A stretch of 64,000 nucleotides of DNA, taken from positions 3,100,001 through 3,164,000 of the forward strand of contig JBHGNT010000022.1 in NCBI GenBank assembly GCA_043228905.1, in the 5' to 3' direction. The notes under the pieces were generated by a model, which ran no database searches, had not been told where the DNA came from, and saw only the letters and a list, made by a program, of their open reading frames with translations. A program made the translations under genes and the position numbers. Shown here one piece after another: positions 1 through 14,186 of the stretch (the stretch's first letter is position 1; each line of letters starts with the position of its first letter). This DNA comes from Azolla caroliniana. Taxonomy: Eukaryota > Plantae > Polypodiophyta.

Positions 1-1592
1 TATATCACAATGGGCTATTTTGACTCATTTTGTCAAAACCTAATGTAAATATGAAGGGATTTATAACCATCATTCCCCTATAATCTATTTGCCAAAATCA
101 TTTCCAAAGGTGGCTTTTAATTCATGGGTGGTCTTTTGCTCGATGAAAGAAACAAGGGGGGGAGGGAAAGACAAATTTCCACCAGGTTGAACCATTCAGC
201 TTGATGAGGTATTTTGGCATGGCTCACTAGGAGGGAGAACATTTGTTTCCTTGTGGAACTTGTGATATGCACTTTTGTGTGTATGCCAAGTGGGCCACTC
301 ATTGTCCACTACAGTTCACACATTGGTGATGCCATCCCCTATTGAGTTGCATGGATCAACCAAATGGTGCATCTAAATCCATGAAAAATATCGATCTGGA
401 ACATATGACATACTCATCAAACTGCGGCTCTGTATGGCAAAACATGCATTTTCTTTGCTCAAGATGTACCTTCCCATACCTACTATCTCCTCTCATTGAG
501 GTGTATATCAACTAAATAGTGCCTCTTTAATCCATGAGATAGATGGAAATCCATTTATCTAGAGTGCAGTATAAACCTCATCCTCAATGTTATGGAAATG
601 AAGGTTTTGATAGAAGGCTCTTCATACATGACTTTTCGATTAGGTTCTAGTCTCCAACTAAGTAGACATGGTTGTGTCCTTCTGGAACCTGTAGAGAAAA
701 CTCTTTCCATGTAATCATGAGGGAATCATTCCTCACCCATCATTGGTTTCCTTTTTCTCCACTGTCCAAACTATGGGTTTTATCTATTTCTTTGTTATCC
801 ACTACTCAGATTTCCACATTTATTTTCGGGTACAAGTATGTTTGATTTTGGTTTAATTTGGAAAGAAAGAGATTTGGCAAATAGGCCAAATAATAATGAC
901 AAGGGGGGAAAATAATAATAATAATATCCACTCCATCACACAATCAACATCCCTGAGGCATCACCCTTCTCTTTTCAAAGCCTTTTAAGATTTCTTTTAA
1001 CTAAAATTTTTGCACATACAGACGTAGTATACATAAACCTAATGGTTTGTACAAACTATTGAACCCTCAAGATCAAGAGCCTCTCGTTGGGACACCATAT
1101 AATCTACAACAAGCTTCTAAATCATTCTATGGGCAATATAACAAAAAACTTACACACTGGAAATAAATTGAAGCAATAACATAGTCAAAAATATATTTAC
1201 ATTACACCCATGCTGAAAAACAACCCTTTCTTTTCGCTATATATTTTTTCTTAATCCCTTAACAGTTCTACGTGTGGAGGACAGATAGCATTTGGTCTGG
1301 AGAAAGAAAACAATGATTAACTTGTTCCTTAACATTTTAACTAAGAAACTGTCGTCATTATACATTCCAGCCTTTTTCAATGGCTCAAATTGCTGATTAA
1401 AAATGTTACCTTCCATTCCACAAAGTTGTGAAAAAAACTTCGAAAAATCATCTCTAGATAGGGATTGTTTCTCTCTCTTATCATTTTGTTTTCTCCAAGG
1501 AATGAAAGCTTTTACTTCAAAATCCACTCCATACTACATCTCATTTGATATACAAAGTGTATATAATAATCCACCCGAATATATTATTACAT

Positions 1593-4500
1593 TTACCCGA
1601 ATCCTCTGCCTCCACCACCTACCAGAACAACGTATATATACATTCAAGTTAGCAAATTCATACATTTATATTTAGGGCAATTTTGACAAAAAAGTGCATA
1701 TAAAAATACAAAAGAAAGAGAGAGAAACCTCTTCCTCCACCCCTTGCAGCACCTCGGCCACCTCTGCCACCACCACCCCTTCCAGTTTCATTGCGAAAAC
1801 CACCACCTCTCCCACCTTCTTCTTCACCTCTGCCTCTCCCACGCCCACGACCTCCCACAGGTGGTTTCCTATCTGACAGTCATTTACATGCCATATCACA
1901 AACTCTTTTCATCATCCATCCAAACACATAAATAACAATACTTGCATTTCTTTCATTATAACTCGTACTTACCAGCTCTCCTCACAGGCTCTTCTTGAAC
2001 CTTGTCGATGACCTAAAATGGAAGTGGAAATGGCTCAAAAATATGTTTCACATATAATATCATGACCTTGCACACATAATACAAATAGAATAGTCATCAA
2101 ACATAGAATTAATGTCATCCACGCATGGTAGATGTAGTTTAAAGAATAAAATCAAGAGTCACATATGACTGGATTGGACACACTGCAAGCTTGGTCAAAA
2201 ATTCCCATAGCATACAAACCCAATGTTTGCAAGGATGAAGAACTTTATCTAACTCCAGCATAACCACATGAAAATTCATCCAAAGAAGGGTTAAAAGTGC
2301 TTTTGCATGCAACCAAGGCACAATATCTTCCTTAACGAATGAATTAGTATCAAACGAGCAAACACATTTTCCTTCGGTAATTCATATAGTTTCCAATCGT
2401 CATCCCAGTAGAGAAGGGGTGATGAGATGGACAAATTCAATCCCATGGTTTTAAATGGTGGAGAGATGGCCTCACATTATTACTATGCCTTGCAGGATAT
2501 TGAAAGAGAATGTCATAGCATCTCATGTTATCCTGTATCCCCCTAGCAAATTGGCTGTCATTTGTATCTTCTCCAATGTTATAAAATTGTATCAATCTCT
2601 TCTCTTCTGCTGTTTATTTAGGTAAATTTCTGTGATGTGGAAGGCCATCATTCAGGACTTTATCCACTAAGGTAGTAGCCTCTTTCGTCTACCTATTTAC
2701 ATTTACTCATTCCTAGCCCAAACAAACCTCTATTGTTTGGAAGAACAGAGTACTATGTCCAATAAGCTTCTTTATTATTGTGATTGGACATTCTAGGATA
2801 TGCATACAACTCTTTTTTGAACTATAGAAGTATGAACAACGCAATTTGAAAGAGAAAATGCATGCACAAACACAAATGCATAAATATAAGATGAAGAATA
2901 ATTTATCAAGTTGTCATTAAAATACAAAATATAAGTTAATTCAAAAGCAAAGAAGCAACAAATCCTTACAAAATCCTATGGGGGAAAATAAGAAAGAACA
3001 TATTCCATCAAAAAGTTATAAAAATAAAACTTGCGTTGACTTGAATCTCGAGTATCACAAAATACAAGAAAGATAACAATTTATTTTTAGTGAAAAACAA
3101 GCACAAATCTAAGTAATTTGGAAACACATGATGCAAAATCTGAAGTGAATGAAGTGGTCTAACTGAAAAACATCAACATTCTTGAATATATTTTATGACA
3201 CAAAATTACAAAGAAACCTATTTATTTATTAGGTTAAATATGATGCTTTCAAACAATTCCAAAACTACATAAGAAACTTCAAAAAGATCACATGAACTGA
3301 ATCGGTGTAACTTAAGTACGATGTGGAAAGAACAAACCTCATCAGGCACTCTCAAATACTTTATAGTATTACCGCGAATATAGCATTCAGGCATCCTCCA
3401 GAAACGATCTCCATCCTGCAGAAGAAACCTTCATTTCAGGCCAATACTACATCAGATAAGAGCATGAATCAAAGAGAAAAACAAGTTCTAGTAACAGGCA
3501 TCCAATGATCACCTTGGATGTGCATATGACCTCTCGTAAATGTATGTTCATCCAAGTGTCACAATTGACAAGATGGCCATTGTATGTCTCACCGTTCTTT
3601 AGTTCCACCAGCTGCAAATAGGAATAACCGGTCACAAATCGTCTTACGACGTAAAATATTTGCACTTTGATTTCACATCACTTACCATAGGATGACCTTG
3701 TGCAGTCTTAAGTAGTGTTAGTGGAAGCTGCATCAAAAAAAATACAGATACATTAGTATGACATATTCTATCATGTCAAGCCATGAACTCTTTTTCAGTA
3801 TCTAACTGAGTTGAACAAAACAAAAAGAAAATTTGCCTCTCTGACATGCTTCGTAGGCACAAATAAATAAGTACTGAACTGATTATACATAAGATGCATT
3901 GCCCATGTCACATGGATTATTTTAACTATGTGTATATCCCTATCTGTATTTTAACTATGTGCACATCCCAACATAAATTTAAAAGAAAAGGAGATTATTG
4001 CATTCAATGATATGGAGCTGAATGTAAAAATACATACGAAGCAAATAGAACTTAAGTAATTCTAAGACATAATTCCAGAGGAGCAATTAGCATAGGGTGA
4101 ATTTTTTTTGCATCTGGATGTAGAAGATGAAGAAGGTTTACAAAGTTTAAATAACGTAATAAAACTTCAAAAAGGCATATGATGCCCTTCTACATTAAAT
4201 ATGCAAGCGCATGATACTTCTTCATCATTACATATAGCAGAAATTAACATTTACATCTCTGTTCAGGTATATTGGTTAGCTATAACTTCATCTAATGCTT
4301 CGTCATCCAATATATATATATATATATATATACATTGGGAAAAATTCAAATTCACTTTGGTCAAAAAGAGATTTACCCATCACATAATATGGCCAAATCT
4401 ATTTATGATTAACGTATGTTTCCTTCTGCACTAAATTTACAAGAATGTCATGGTTCATCATCCTATTATGTATGTATGTATGTATGTACGTATGTATGTA

Positions 4501-5046
4501 CGTATGTATGTATATACATAGATGGATAGATAGATAAATACTCGCACAAATTCACGTGCCGAATCTCTATTCAAGCAACATTCTTGTTACCCAGCATATG
4601 ATTTGTGCCGAATCTATCTAAAGATTAACCTCAGTTTCCTTCTGCTCTTTATCTGCAAACATACTATCCTTAACATACATGCCTTCACATTCACATCTCT
4701 ATTCAGGAATATCTCATCACATGCACTAAACCTATCTATCACTACAGCTATGGTTTTCAACAGATTTAGACTTCGTCGGTCCCAAAAAGAAAAAGGAAAA
4801 AAATAAATTATTGCAAGAAAACCACGCAGAAATGGTTCTTTCAATTTTCGACAGGCTCCGTTCGGAATCGGGATTAGGTTCTCCACCAAAAGCTAAACCC
4901 TTCGTACAACGACTGGAATTAAAACGAAGGGGAGAAGAAAAAAAAACACAAGAAAACGGTAGTAATCTAGACAAAGCATGAAGAATAGAGGTAGAGAAGG
5001 GTTTGGGGGTGGGGGTGGGGGGGGGGGGGAGAGGAAGGCTCACCAT
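1593..5046 (-). CDS. LSM4: Sm-like protein LSM4 (U6 snRNP/decapping), 143 aa; exons 5046-5044, 3727-3686, 3611-3513, 3415-3338, 2012-1973, 1872-1729, 1618-1593
   Basis: Spliced translation [82 protein letters not shown]...RG-rich tail ...GGRGFG*. All introns are GT-AG, phases are consistent, total 432 nt. Confidence 0.95.
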
Positions 5047-5164
5047 TGCGATGTAGCGACAACACGAGAGCTGTCTCTGTGCCTCTGTCTCTGTCTCTGT
5101 CTGCGTCTGCCTCTCCCCTGCGTGTGCAGAGCGCTTGTTGGCGGGAACCCTAGACGCTACTGCT

Positions 5165-5301
5165 GCAGAGAAGAAGAAGAAGAAGAAGAAGAAGAACAGG
5201 GGAAGAAAGTGTGTGTGTGTGTGTGTATGAGAGAGAGAGAGAGAGAGAGAATGTGTGTGTGTGTACGTGTGTGTGTGTGTGTGAAAGAGAGAGAGAGAGA
5301 G

Positions 5302-5350
<49 letters not shown>

Positions 5351-5572
5351 ATGTGTGTGTGTGAGAGAGAGAAACGTCTTCTAAGGCCAAAATTGGCATA
5401 TAGTAGAGAGAGAATGTGTGTGTGTGTGAGAGAGAGAGAGAGAAAGATATATTAACGTCTTCTAAGGCCAAATTTGGCATATGGTAGAGTCCCTACTCAT
5501 GAGGATATGGTAGAGTTCCCAATATTGAGATGTTTCCCAAGCTCGTCTTTTACGACGTGTGTGTATGAGAGA

Positions 5573-5632
<60 letters not shown>

Positions 5633-5830
5633 ATGTGTGTGTGTGAGAGAGAAACGTCTTCTAAGGCCAAAATTGGCATATGGTAGAGAGAGAATGTGTG
5701 TGTGTGAGAGAGAGAGAGAGAGAAAGAAATATATATTAACGTCTTCTAAGGCCAAATTTGGCATATGGTAGAGTTCCCAATATTGAGATGTTTCCCAAGC
5801 TCGTCTTTTACGACGTGTGTGTGAGAGAAA

Positions 5831-5873
<43 letters not shown>

Positions 5874-5990
5874 AGAAAGATATATTAACATCTTCTAAGG
5901 CCAAATTTGGCATATGGTAGAGTTCCTACTCATGAGCATATGGTAGAGTTCCCAATATTGAGATGCTTCCCAAGCTCGTTTTTTACGACG
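5165..5990. repeat. (GAA)n/(GT)n/(GA)n microsatellite tract with five interspersed copies of a conserved motif
   Basis: Motif aacgtcttctaaggccaaa(a/t)ttggcatatggtagag at about 5373, 5454, 5653, 5738 and 5887; about 280-bp higher-order period. Confidence 0.9.
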
Positions 5991-7979
5991 TGTCATCTTG
6001 CGCATCTCTTTGCGAGCCTGTACTGAGTATAAATAGTACCACTAAGTCGTGACACTTTAAGTTGTCTATACAACTCTCTACAATCCTCATCATACCACTT
6101 CTTCTGTGGCATAGACCCTATTCTACTATGATTGGAGTGTTTCGCGTATGGGAAGCTACAAATTGCTGCTCAGTGAAGGATGTGTGCGAGTTCTGTAGTG
6201 AGGTTCTCTAAAGGCAATGAAGAATCAAAAGATGAGAGATGGGCTTGAACATGTTGGGAGTAGATGTCAGCAAGCTCATGCATGAAATGTATTATGGTGT
6301 GATGGTTTGTTTGACTAGAGTTGGTGACTATGATTGGAGGTGTTGCATTTTAGCTCAAAGTATAGGAAGCTATGGTCTGCACCAATGGGGCATGGGGCCA
6401 CCCGGAAGGAGTTAACCATGTGGGTAGCTTCAGGACGTCCTATTAGGTAATCAACTATGCTTTCCCCTCCTCCATGTGGGAAACATGTGAGCTCTTCCGA
6501 GCCCGGCCACTTGGCTAAGCCATTATATATGATCATCTGGTGTCGGCTTCCAAGTTCAAGCAGCTGATGGCCAAAGCTTGTGGCATCCGCACCTTGATCC
6601 TTTGATGTACATGTTATGTCTAAGTCTAAAGGGTCAACATTCACCATTTCTAGGTTTCTATCCATCTGAAATATTGTGCATTGTCGGGATTGGGTTCTCG
6701 TATTGAAATCTCCTACAAGGAAGACTTCACCTTGAGAAGAATATCGGATTATGTCATCCGATACAGGTTTGTATGGAGAAGGCCCATGTGGCGTTCCTTC
6801 ATCAACTATACTCGCCTCTCCAGCCATATTATACCGGGATCCTTTCAGGGGGAAGTAACAAACAACGATAAATATCGCATGATCCTTGCTAGTGAGGACT
6901 TTCACCCACATAAAACGGGCTTCTGGGTCTGTCTTTAGTATTTCTATCCTATTATGTATCTCTCTCCGAAATTGTATCACAACCCCTCCAGACCCTCTAG
7001 TAGTGTGTTGACAAGAGGTTTGTCTAAAGACAGATTCCCAACGAAAACCGTCAACTTGTGGCAGGCCTTGATTTGGACTCTGATGTGTTTCTACTAAAAA
7101 AGTATGTCAAATACCTTCAAAATCTCCTCTAGACGGTCAGGGTGTGTCCAAAGTGCACTGTTACAGTTCCATAAAGTCATCCTAAGTTTATTGTCTATCA
7201 CATGGGCCACACGTTGTCAATTGGCAACACGATCATTTATTATCACACGCCTGTCTCGGTAAAAAGCATGATGCCCCTCTTTACGAGCTTGTATGACTAC
7301 AAGTTTTACGATGCTCAATTTGCATCTTGGTCAGGTCTTCATCGAGGTAGATAGGGTTCCCACCCAATCCTCGAATAATTGGTCTCTTTTTAAAAAATGT
7401 GATTCTAGATTCTTAGTCCTTAAACTAAAGGATCAAAGCTCTTTTCCTAGTTGTGTCATGTCCTACCCTCCAAGTTTTAGTGATTGGTAGGGCTTCGTAC
7501 CCCAACATTTTCCCTAATGTTTGTGCATCTTCGTCGGGAGATGCCCCTTCCTTGAACCCAGTAACTCGTACATTTAGGCATCGAGCTCGACGCATTTTTT
7601 CCTCCTCAAGGGTAGTGTTTACAATATTTTCATCCTTTAGTTCCTTTTTAATATTATGTTTTACTACATAAACCCACCCAGTTTTTGCTAATTCCATGTC
7701 GCTTTTAACCTCTTCCTTAACCTTTTTGATCTCGTCATTAATATCCTCTAGGGAAGATATTTCACCATCTTCCCTAGATGTCTCAAGGTCCTTAACTTGT
7801 TTTTGAAGGTTCGTGTTGTCTACTTTAACTTTCGTTATTTCAGCAATAATCACTTCTTTTTCTTCCTTATCTTTTTGTTTTTTAGCTTCAATCTCTTTTG
7901 CCCATTTTTCTATTTTAACTAAACGGTTAAGGACATCTAAAAATTCTTCCTTATAATTTATTTGTGTGTTTCCTTCGTT

Positions 7980-7980
<1 letters not shown>
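5887..7980 (-). mobile_element. APE-type LINE remnant: coiled-coil ORF1 plus endonuclease, no RT seen
   Basis: ORF 7425-7853 is coiled-coil with an NVRVTG ORF1-like motif. ORF 6315-6980 has EEP motifs LVGDFN, SIVDY, ADH. (GA)n on both flanks. Confidence 0.75.
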
Positions 7981-8018
<38 letters not shown>

Positions 8019-8063
8019 TGTGTGTGTGTGTGTGTGATAGAGAGAGAGAGAGAGAGAGAGGAA

Positions 8064-11000
8064 TCAAGCAGAAAGACATGTGTTGGAAAACCCTCGATTA
8101 GAGCTTCGTAATGAGATATAGCAAGTTAAATTTGGTGGTCTGTGCGAGAAGTAACGATTAAAATAAGGAATCTTGTGTTGTTGGCATCCACATACTCAAC
8201 ACACATTGCGAGTCTTCGATTGTATTCATCATCTTCGACCTCTTCAATCGGGTGAGTTCTGGTTGTCTTTCTTGTTCATGGAAAATGGTTTTTATCCCGA
8301 ATCACTATCACATCGAGAATAATGTATATAAACACGAATTCCTCTCAAATTGTGGGGGACATCGATATGGAAACAATTGATCCAAAAAAGAGTATTGTGA
8401 TGGTTGAATGTAATCGTGAAAGGGAAGACATTGGAAGCTCTAAGAGGTTTAAGGGCATTTAGGAAATTAATGAGAAAAAAGCGACATATGCCGAAGTAAT
8501 ACATGTAGATGAGGTTGACAAGTATACTTGTAATTGGGATACTTTATGAGGAATTGCCAATACCTTATTGTCTGATATTGTGGAAGAAAATGAAAATGCA
8601 GTGAAAGAATGCAATGATGAGGATGTGCATGATGTGGATGTTGATGCTAAGGTAGTGTTGCAATCTTTTGATGTATTTTATGATCGTGCAATTATATTGT
8701 TTTTCACTGGGAAACTCCCATACATTAATTGGATTAAACAATGGTTGAACACAATCCTGTCACCAAATTGTGTTGAAAATATATATGCAGGACCACGAGG
8801 GTTTTATGATGTAGTGTTTCGTTCACCGGAACATCGAAGTGCACTGTTGGCTAAAGTTCCAGTGTTTTTTGATAAACGATTGGTGCATGTAATGCAATGG
8901 TCCCTTGTTGTGGACTATCATGCTTTGTTGAAACAAGAATGTCTTGTTTGGGTAATAGTGGATTGTAAGCATGCTTTTTTATGGCCACTTTTACTAGAAT
9001 TGATGAGTCAAATGGGTGAAGTGTTGGTATCGACACATGCAAATGCTACAAATAAGTGCAGATTTTGTGTGTTATGGGATACAAGTCGTAAGATGCCAGG
9101 ATGGGTGCGTATGAACACACCTGGAATGAAAAGACGTTGTTTTAAATTGAAGTGGGAGACATTTATAGGTCACTGTTTTGGATGTGGTGAATGGGGTCAC
9201 TTTATGGAGGAATGTCATTGTCATCGTCCTTCAACTATAGAGGTTCCTAATGAAGGGAATGGTAAGGAAGGAGTTGGGAGAGATGTTGGTGTGTCAGATA
9301 TGGTGGTTGTTATGGATGAAGGAACATCATCTAGAGCAGGTTATAAAGAGGTTTCACTTCAAGGTTTGGGCCCTAAGAATAAGGGAACTCAATCTATGGA
9401 TATGGAAAAACAAATTTTGGTGGTTATAGATAAGGGGAAAAAACCGTTGGATAGAACTAGTAATGATGTTGTTGTTGAAAAGGATTGGCATCAGGTTAAG
9501 GGCAAGTCGAAGAGAAAATCAATGAATATGCAACGTAATAGTTTGCCACTACTCGTGAGACTACTTGTAAAAGTAATTCAGGAACTAGGGAGGGTCCTCT
9601 AAAAGTTCCTTGGCAAAGACAATTTAGGGATAAGGGATTACCCCTTCACCTTCAATTTGATTCATTGGGACGGGTTGTAAATTCATTGAATTCTCGAGGT
9701 TTTCGTCAAGCGGGAGAACCTAAACAAAAGAGTTTGATAGACAACTCTAAGGATGTGGTGCATGAAAATCCATATGCAGCATTGGAACATGCTTTGACTA
9801 GTTTCATGACATCGGTTGCTCTAAAGGAGCAAGTGCACCCATAACATTGTTGACTGAATGAAAGTGGTAACATGGAATGTGAGAGGGGCATGTTCTCCTC
9901 ATAAGAAGTATATATTATGGCAAACTTTATTAAGTAAAGAATGGGATATATTATGTGTAGTTGAGCATAAGTGTCATGAGTTAGCAGGATCCATAGTTCG
10001 TTTGCGTGGATATTCATCATTCTATGCAGGACATCTTAATAATCACTATTCAGGTGTGGTATTAATTGTGTGAGATAATGTTGAGCGAGCAAGCTCAACC
10101 GGATCCGGATCGGCTAAATAAGCCTGAGCCAGATCGGAGAGCCGGATTCGAGCAGGAACCAGAAGCCTAGTAGTAGTCTAGACTACTAGGTAATCATTGT
10201 CTCGTAGTTAGTGTCAGTCGCACGTATGAGCATTGAAGTACCTGTCAGTCCTTTATGGACTTGTATAAATAGTGTTGTTTCACACGTTGTATGTACAGAG
10301 TTTTAGAGTTAATTTTTGAATATAGTTTATGTTCTGCTCTCTCTGTCTCTCTCGTATATACTCTTTGTGTTAAGCTTCTCCATTAAACCTTCATCTCATT
10401 TTCTGTTGCTATCCGGCTGAGCCAGTTCTGTCTGACGCTTCCACACATTAACATTCACAAATAAGTATTTTCCTCAGGTGGTGCATAATAATCCTTATGG
10501 TCGGTTTTTGGTTCTAGAAATCACTTTTTTTGGCGAGGTTGTGTGGGTGGTTGGGATTTATGCCCCTAACCAAGCCACTCAACATATTGCATTATGGGGC
10601 TCACTCCGTCAAACCCTATGTGTGGGCCGTCCAAGATTACTTATGGGTGATTTTAACATGTGTGTTGATGCATCTCAATCTACGTCTGAACATTCAATCA
10701 TGGATGATCTTGAGCAACTTGCTTGGGATTCATTGGCTATGGAGGTTTTGAAGTTGGATGTTTGGACATGGTTGCATGGGAATGATCCGGGTTTTACTTT
10801 CCAATCCGCTCAACATAGATAAACATGGAGTTGGTTAGATAGAATGTATGTGATGCACAATGATTCTTTTTTACCGACATCACTTCGTATGGCAGTTTTA
10901 CAAGATGTAGGAACTTTAGATCACTTTCCTATTTGTTTGGAGATTTGTGGTCATGCAATTGACATGTATAAATCCTTACTTGGAAAGCCTCTATTACGCT

Positions 11001-14000
11001 TTAACTCTTCTCTTTTGCTTCAACCTCAACTTTGATTCTCTCATGGAGCAAATTTTGGTAAATTTTTCACAAGAAGTGAATCTTAAAGGAGTTAAAGCAT
11101 GAGATATCATATTACAAAATATTAAGACCGTTCATCGTATGTATGGAGTAACTAATGCTCAATGAAGAAGAGGTCTTCTTCTAAAATTCTCATAACTTCT
11201 CTCTAGGTGTAATGCATTATTGATACATGCACCTTTAGATGAGGAGCTTTTGGATATCCAAAGTCAATTGCATGTTATTATTTCTCAGTTGCAATGCCAA
11301 AGTTATCGTTATGCGAAGATGCAACAATTGAGGGATGGGCTCATAGATAATCAATGTCAATCCCATTTGTTTTTCCAAGCGTTACATCCTACTTATACTC
11401 GATCTAATGTGGTACATGTGAAGGAAGGTGATGAATGAATAGTGGATCCTACTAAAATAATTGACATATGTGTTCATTACTTTAAGGAGTTGATTGGCCC
11501 ACGATTGTTAATGACAAATGAGGTGAGTAGAACACGTCATGAGTTTTATGATGTGGTTGGATGTATTGTGCATGACCTCATTAGTCATGAATTGGATGCA
11601 GATTTCACTGAGGATGATGTGGACATATTTAAGGCATCTTCCTAGTGGTAAGAGCCCTGGTTGGGATGACTTGACAAATGAAGTTTTTAAGCGATATTCA
11701 CACATTTTAAAGGGGCCCTTAACTTTGATGTTTCAACATTCTTAGGATTCTGGTCGTATGCCTCAAGCTTGGAAGGTTGGTCTAATTAAATTAGTTCCAA
11801 AGGTGGCATCTCCAGAGTCATTTCATCAATGGAGACTTATTTCTTTGATGAGGGGAGGTTGTATAAGATATTTACAAAGGTCTTGGCAAATAGATTACAA
11901 AAGTATTTGCCAAAGTTGATACATCCCGCCTAATATGGTTTTATTGCAGGTAGGAATATATTGCATAATGTGTTGAATGTTCAAAGGGCCATGGATTATG
12001 CTCGAAACACTCATCAAGAATTAATTATGGTGCAATTAGATTTGGAGAAAGCTTATGATCATGTTAATTGGTCCTTTGTTTCTGGGGTAATGCATACAAT
12101 GGGCTTTGGACCTCGCATGTCTCGCCTCTTATTTTTATTAGGACAAGATGTGGTGTCTCGAGTCATGCTTAATGGAGGAGTTACATCAGATATTGCCCTT
12201 ACAAGATCCGTTCATCAAGGATGCCCTATTAGCCCGTTGTTGTTTGATAATGTTACTCATCCCTTGTTAGTGATGCTATCAAGGCTTGCAACAAATGGTG
12301 ATATTGTGGGTCTACACCTTCCATCTAGAGGGCAACTAGTTGCACAAGCTTTGGCTGATGATTCTTTCATGTTTCTACAAGCCTCACGAGAGAATCTTGA
12401 GAAGGGGATGCTTGTATGGAACCAATTTGCATTGGCTTCCGGATTACATATTAATTGGAGGAAGTCTAGTCTCATATCATGTACTGAAAGGGATTTGGAA
12501 TGTTTAGGATGACAAGGATCCGTGGTGAAGAAAGGCTCTATTTTTCGACACTTGGGCTATCCATTAGGAATGAATGTTACAAATGGTCAATTGATTGAAT
12601 AGATATCTAGTAAGTTGAGGGATAAGTTCATGTAGTGGAAATCACAATCTTGGCCATTTCATGTACATTTGAAGGTTGTACAATGTATTATGGAACCTAT
12701 GATATTATTGCCATTGCTGTCGTGGACAAAGAAAGCTTTGCATTCTATTTTGCAACCTCTTTGATATTTGTTGTGGAAGAAAAGGGATAAGATGGGAATC
12801 ACTTGGGTGGCATGGAATCATCTAGCAACTCCTAAGCGCTTGGGGGGAGCTGGAGTATTGAACTTATCTAAGCATATGATGGCTCGTAGACATGTGTTCA
12901 AACTCACAACCATGGATATCTATTGTTCAATATTTCATTGAGAACAAGGGTTTAACACATGGGAGGACAACAATTAAGGCATCATGGTGGCAATTACTAA
13001 ATGGATGTATTTCACTTAGGATTCCGGGCTCTACATGTGTTCAACACTTGGTTACCTCATGGCAAGAAGCACTCTTGTTATGTGTATGGAAACCATCATC
13101 TAGTAGAGAGCATTGTAATTCTTTGCAAAAAGAGTTACTTGTGTCTTTTCGGTTATTATGTTGGCCAAGAAAGGAGAGATTACGCTCTCAATTTAATCGT
13201 TTGTTTCATTTGGGGGTCAAAGAGGTGGGAGATATAGTTGAGGCTCCATCTTAAAGAATTTTGGAGTTTGTTGAAGCACGACAATTATTACGCATTCTGC
13301 CTAATTATGGGTTTATTTGGCAACAACTACGAAATATTCCATTGATGCAAGGTCCCTTACCTCTACAAACAGGAGAACAACCGTGGATTGGTTGGTGTTT
13401 AAAGGGTCAAACATCGTTGTTACAAGTGACTACTAATCTTTTGTATCATTGCTCTGTCGAGTCTCTTGGATGGTTATCATCTAAGACTGAAGAAGAATGG
13501 ATATTACACAAATATGATCATGGGTGGTGGCAAATCTTACAAGGTAGTTGGCATTCTAAATTGCCACTTGTAGCAAAGGTCTTCATTTGGAGAGTTTTGA
13601 TTGGAGGATTGCCTTTGGGATTAGCTCTAAAGCGTCGTGGACTAGCAACGGGTAATTTTTTTTTTTGCACTGTTCAAATGGAAGATAATACTCATGGATT
13701 TATACAATGTCTGATCGCTTCTCAGATTTGGAGTTACATTTCTCAAATTTGGCAAGTTTTATCACGTTGTTATTTGACACCTAGACAGTGGGTGTTTGCA
13801 CAATTTACACAGGTGGACCCAAACTCAGAGATGGAGATTGTTTTTCTATTTTTGAGATATTGGGGATTGCGTCATAATTGGAATATGCACAATGCTTTTG
13901 TATTTGATGGTAGACATGGAGTGAAAGCATATCTACGAAAGTTGAAGGGAGTACTAATGTGGCAATTTTCTTTATTGGAGCAAGTGGAAATCCTTTCCTC

Positions 14001-14163
14001 GGTGGAATGTTCGTCTTGCCTATTGGCAATTCAACATGTTCCATTACCCGTGTAGTGTAGTGTAGTTAATGGGAGACCATACTTCATGGTCACACCCATT
14101 GTAAGTTGTGTTTTTTACACACATTTATTAATATAATTGTGTGTTTTCAGCAAAAAAAGAAGA
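8064..14163 (+). mobile_element. L1-clade LINE, near full length, degenerate
   Basis: ORF1 8568-9602 has a CFGCGEWGHFMEEC knuckle. ORF2 fragments: TWNVRG, GIYAP, MGDFN, LDLEKAYDHVNW, QGCPISP, LADD, zf-RVT-like 13261-14055. A-rich tail about 14152; possible TSD agagaggaa. Confidence 0.88.
10079..10459 (+). mobile_element. Copia solo LTR inside the L1 endonuclease
   Basis: TG...CA ends; TSD gataa/aataa; removing it restores the L1 frame (V*DKYFPQVVHNN); resembles the LTR at 33146 (tgttgag..caagctcaac, atgagcattgaagtac). Confidence 0.85.
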
Positions 14164-14186
14164 AGAGAGGAAGTGCACGTGTTACG

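Noticed and set aside
1-900. Possible decayed TE or gene fragment
   Set aside because: No recognisable motif, terminus or convincing ORF.
4978-5771. ORFs rich in CV, RE, SL and HT
   Set aside because: Microsatellite translations (the same applies at 27566-28218).
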